Shown here: one piece after another, positions 57,995-64,000 of the stretch
Numbering within the stretch: the first letter of the stretch is position 1
How the letters are laid out: every line of letters starts with the position of its first letter
DNA from: Vicugna vicugna
Lineage: Eukaryota
Length of the DNA: 64,000 bases
Reading direction: 5' to 3'
NCBI GenBank assembly: GCA_013265495.1
Contig: MU058824.1
Span: 4,677,111-4,741,110, forward strand
Notes under the pieces: generated by a model
The model's database searches: none
Told to the model about the DNA's origin: nothing
What the model saw: the letters and a program-made list of their open reading frames with translations, nothing else
Position numbers and translations under genes: made by a program

Positions 57995-59372
57995 GGTGAT
58001 TCTGCCTGCAGCCTCCGCCTGGCTTCATGAGGAGGTGGGAGAGTTCCCCAGGGCTGTGGAGGAGAGAATGGGATTGAGTTCTGTTACCCTGCTTGATCTG
58101 GCTCTGAGATGGAGGGGCCCCTTCCTCCTACTTGCACCCAGATCCCTAAAGTCATCCTAGTTGGGACGCTGTCCCCAAGAAGCCATACTTCTGTCATCCC
58201 CTAGCTCACTAGCCAGCGCCTACGCCTCACCAAGTGTCATTCTTCTGTTGCTGGGACAGCAGCTGCCAGTGCTCTTTGTGGCTACCAGGACACTGTGTTC
58301 TTCATCACTGCTCAGGGTATGTGAACAAATCCAGTCCCTGGCCAAACCCAAATTTTCAAAAGCAGCTTTGCTGAAAATAGTAAGCCTATGGATCCAAGTG
58401 CCTGAGCCTAAGAGAACTGTGGCCACAGATTTGGTCGAGGCAGTTAACAAGCAAAAGTCCAACCTGTGCTCCCTCTGGTAGGATCCACTGTTGACCAGGT
58501 TGTGCACTTCTAGCCCCCTGCCCCTTGCTGCTACTCCTGCCTAGAACAGCACTAGAAGAAAAGGAACTGAGATGTGAGGCCAAATAGTCAGGGGGGGCCA
58601 GGGTGCCCCTAGTGGCCAGGCAGGTGCTGGCAGCCTTGTTCCAGCTGCCCTGCTGACTTGGAGGTAGAGTGGAGGAAGGTGGTCAGGGAGGCAGGGGCTG
58701 TGTGCTTCCACTTCCTCCTGCGTTCATGCCCTCTGCCCATGCTGTGTGGACCACCTGGCAGATCTCTCAGATCTGCCACTATTTTCATGCATGATTCTTT
58801 AACCAGCCCTGTGGCCCGTTATGTTATTTCCTTGCTTCTCTCTCCAAGTAGAACACAAACACCACCCATCTGTTGCTACTCTGTCACCTTCCGTCACCTT
58901 GAAGTCATGACATCTGCTACTCCCACCCCATTAGAGTGAGTTTAAAGTAGACAGAATTACTTTGTCCTCCCCAGGGCAGTCTGTTAGGGAAGGTGCCAAT
59001 TTTCTACCATCATTCCTGTCACCTGTGGTTAATTCTTTCAATATTTACTAAGCCTTGTCTATGCCTAGCATGGGAAAAGAGATGTACTATCACCTCTGAC
59101 TGAGACTGGCAACTCCAGTACATACTGCTGTGGCCTCCAACCCCAGATTCAATGTCCTAGCATCATTGAGGACTTTAGAGATCAAATCCTTTTACAGCTT
59201 CCCCAACAAGTGGTAGTCCAGACTGTTTGAATGCCTCCAGCTATGAGCCCAAGACAGCTGCTTACTCCTGCTACCACTTCCCTGCCATGTCCTCAGGAAC
59301 TGTGACCAATCACGTACCTCTCACTAGTGATGCCTTGGGGAGCTGGGAGCCTTCTTCGAATACCTATTAGAC

Positions 59373-60742
59373 CAGCAGTTCTTAAAATGCGGTTGGCCCT
59401 TCAGCGCCCTGGAGGTTCCCAAGAGCCTTCAGGGGTCCATAAGGTCAAGGTCATTTTCATAATAGTACTAAGACATTATTTTCCTTTTCACAGTGTCAAC
59501 ATTTGCACTGACAGTGTGAAAACATTAGTGGGTAAAAGTGCCTTAGTACAAATCAAGGCCGTGACCCAAACTGTATTCAGTCATTGTAGTCTTCACCACC
59601 ACACACTAGCAATTTAAGAAGTAAATGCTGGCTTCACTTAAGAATGTCCTCAATGAAGCAGTAAAAAAATTACTAACTTTATTAAATCTTAATCCTTTAG
59701 TAACAAGTCTTTTCACTATTCTGTGTGATGAACTGGGAAGAATGCATGGCACACTTCTGCTGCCCACCGAAGTGTGATGGTGTCTCAGGGAAAGCACTTA
59801 GATGGTGCTTTGAGTTGTGAGCTGAACAAGCTGCTTTTTCATGGAGCGACACATTTACTTGGAGGAATGACAAACAGACAAACCATGGTTATCAGACTTG
59901 GGTATCTGCAGATCTTTTCTCAAAAAGGAATAGAGTCTGTCACTTCCGGGAAGAACCTGACAGTATTTGTTGCCAATGATACAATGTGAGCTTTCAAGTG
60001 AAAATTAGAATTTTAGCCAACTTGTATCTGCCACTATGAGCTTTACAGCTTCCCAAAACTTAAACTTTTCTGTTGAAACCACCATGATTCTTTTAATAAT
60101 ATATAATGAAACGTGTTGACATTTGGAATACCTGCATAGCTCAGTGAATCAATATTTTCTGAATGATCGATGCATGATGTTACAAAATTATCCCTGGGTA
60201 GAAAAGCCAAACGAAGCGCGATATAGACAGGCATACGGAAGAGCCAAGTATACAGAGGGCTGACTGTAAGTTACAGATTTTCAACTTCACAGACCCCTGC
60301 CTTGTTCAAGGGTCAGCAGTATACTGTTTTCTTTTCCAACTACTTATCTGTGTGAGACTAGATTTTCTTCCTATATAGTACCTCAAACAAACCAACACAT
60401 AACAACAGACTGAAAGCACACGTAGATTTTGAGAACCCAGCTGTCCTCCATTAAGCCAGATATTAAAGAGATTTGCAAAAATGTAAAATCACTACCATGC
60501 TCTAATTTGGAGAGGTGAATATATTTTTCATTAAAAATGTTAACATGGTAATGTATAATGGGTTTGTTTCTGTCATTTTTAATGAATTAATAAATATTTA
60601 AATTTTTTCTCAGTTTCCATTTTAATATGGTAAGTGTTGATAGATATAACCCACTCCAACAAAAGCTTTTTGGATTTCAAACCCCATTCTTAGTTCTTAA
60701 ATGTGTAGGGAGTTCTAAGACCAAAAACTTTGAGAATCGCCC
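59373..60742 (+). mobile_element. Charlie1(a)-like hAT DNA transposon, both ends present
   Basis: Starts CAGCAGTTCTTAAAATG and continues TTTTCATAATAGTACTAAGACATTATTT...ACATTTGCACTGA. Ends AGACCAAAAACTTTGAGAATCGCCC. Flanked by the degenerate 8-bp TSD TATTAGAC (59365-59372) / CACTAGAC (60743-60750). Confidence 0.85.
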
Positions 60743-60809
60743 CACTAGACCATGAATTTCACTAGATCCACATAGTATCTTTGTGCATCCTGAACCTGGT
60801 GCACAAAAA

Positions 60810-61450
60810 AAATCACCCAGCAAATGTTTATCAAGTGCCAACTCTATACCTGATGCTACACTAGGCATTGGGGATTCAGAATTGAAAAACAGTCCCTGTT
60901 CTGGAGGATTCACAGACCAGTGGAGGAGGCAATCAGGTACAAGGAAAGTTATAACAGGGACTATGACGAGAATGTTAGGAGCCTGCAACCAAGATCATGT
61001 ACCTACCTATATTAGGTGGAGAGGGTAGGAGGGGAAGTGGCCAGGGACTGCTTCCCAGAAAAGCTGACATTTGGTCTGGGTCTTTACAGCCACCAGGAAT
61101 CAACCAAGGGAAGAGCATTTTAGCCATAGAGAACAGAATGCATAAAAGGTGGAAGCTCTGAGAAAAGCATGGCGATTTCTAGCTCCTGCGCTTAGCTTAG
61201 TATGAATGCTGCATGAAGGGCAAGTCTGTGTACTGGGGGTGAAGCTGGAAATGAAAGGAGGTAAAGCTAGAGAGGTAGGCAGGGGCCAAAACAAAGGGCC
61301 TTATCTAATACCATATTAAGAAATGTGGATTTTTATCCTCAAAAGAGCAAGAGTGAAGGGAGAGGTTTTGGAGGATTTTAGGGTCCTATTTGCACCAACT
61401 TTAAAAATATCTTTGTGTAACAATGTCCAGGAGAGTTGGGGAACCAGGAG
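60810..61450 (-). mobile_element. L2 LINE fragments
   Basis: CAGCAAATGTTTATCAAGTGCCAACTCTATACCTGATGCTACACTAGGCATTGGGGATTCAG and GTGGATTTTTATCCTCAAAAGAGC. Confidence 0.7.
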
Positions 61451-62149
61451 TAAGACCACCAACCACCAACCACCACAGACCCAGGCAGAAGGTAATATAA
61501 GGAGCTACCCAAGGCAACCCCAGAGACTTGGAGGAGGAACCTCATTTGTGGGAAGTAGAACCTACAGGATTAAGTGGATGTTGGAAGTGACCCCCAGGGG
61601 TCTGGCACTGAGTATGAGATGGATGAAAGTATCTTTCACAAGTTAGGAAAAAAACAGGGAGACAGACCCAACACTGCGAGGCAGGTTTGTTCTATGTGTA
61701 GCAGCAGTCAGCTAAGCAAATCTAAATACATTTCTGTGCCCCTACCTCCCCCAGCCTTGGGCCCACGGTTCCCACGATTCCCACCCCACAAGCAAAAGTC
61801 AGGCCTCCCATCCTTCTGCCCCAGGGGAGCAAGGCTTCTTCCGCCTCCTCTCCCCTACTCTCTCAATCCCCCACCCCCGTCAGAGGCGGCTCTCCACTTC
61901 CTCTCCCTCCACCACACCCCGAGGAAAAACGAAAACAAACAGCCTTGCACCCCGGGCCTCCGACCTCCTGACCCTAGGCCCTGGCTCCCAGGGCTGTTTC
62001 TGGAGGCCTCGGTCAGAGGGGACATCTCACCCCTGGCTCCCGACGCCCAGCAGCTCAGTAACTCTTTCCCTCGCCCCCTGCCTTCCTCGCCCCAGCTAGG
62101 CCCCGCCTCCCCAAGGGGAAACATCCCAAAAAAGGGCAGAAAAGAAATT

Positions 62150-63842
<1,693 letters not shown>

Positions 63843-64000
63843 GTGAGTGTGGACTGGGGGACGGTGGGAGAGCTAGTGCACTGGGATGGGACCCAGACAT
63901 GGGGATAGGGAGGACCCAGATATCCCTAGGACAGAAATGGTTTCCTTTCAGGAACCCAGGCTAGGGCAAGCTTGCACAGATAATCAGAGGCAGTGGGTAA

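Noticed and set aside
58601-58620. CTCF-like CCACTAGGGGCAC downstream of TLN1
   Set aside because: One G short of the core, which puts the GGC positions out of register.

Overview
Placental-mammal genomic DNA, syntenic with human 9p13.3. It is probably laurasiatherian: the CREB3 N-terminus is MSHxELALD and no Alu, B1 or other young SINE is recognisable. Gene order: orphan CpG island (about 3.7-4.3 kb), MSMP (+), RGP1 (-), GBA2 (+), CREB3 (-), TLN1 (+, all 56 coding exons traced, 2541 aa), then the first two exons of TPM2 (+). RGP1/GBA2 and CREB3/TLN1 are head-to-head pairs sharing CpG-island promoters. MSMP/RGP1 and GBA2/CREB3 are tail-to-tail with overlapping 3' ends. Old repeats (MIR, L2, MER3, Charlie1) fill introns and spacers, and three N blocks hide 470 bp. 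The main oddities are: (1) GBA2 lacks the acceptor and first ~11 codons of exon 11 while its other 16 exons are intact; (2) an upstream CREB3 exon splices in frame onto the start ATG and would add 41 residues; (3) the 51-nt TLN1 cassette exon 17b is present, with a downstream UGGUG repeat; (4) a palindromic double poly(A) signal is shared by MSMP and RGP1; (5) three perfect CArG boxes surround TLN1 exon 2; (6) TLN1 intron 1 has a TTAGGG-enriched block. No prokaryotic-type system, CRISPR array, tRNA or rRNA is supported. Exon coordinates were read by hand, and orthologue comparisons come from recalled human, mouse and bovine sequences, not a database search.
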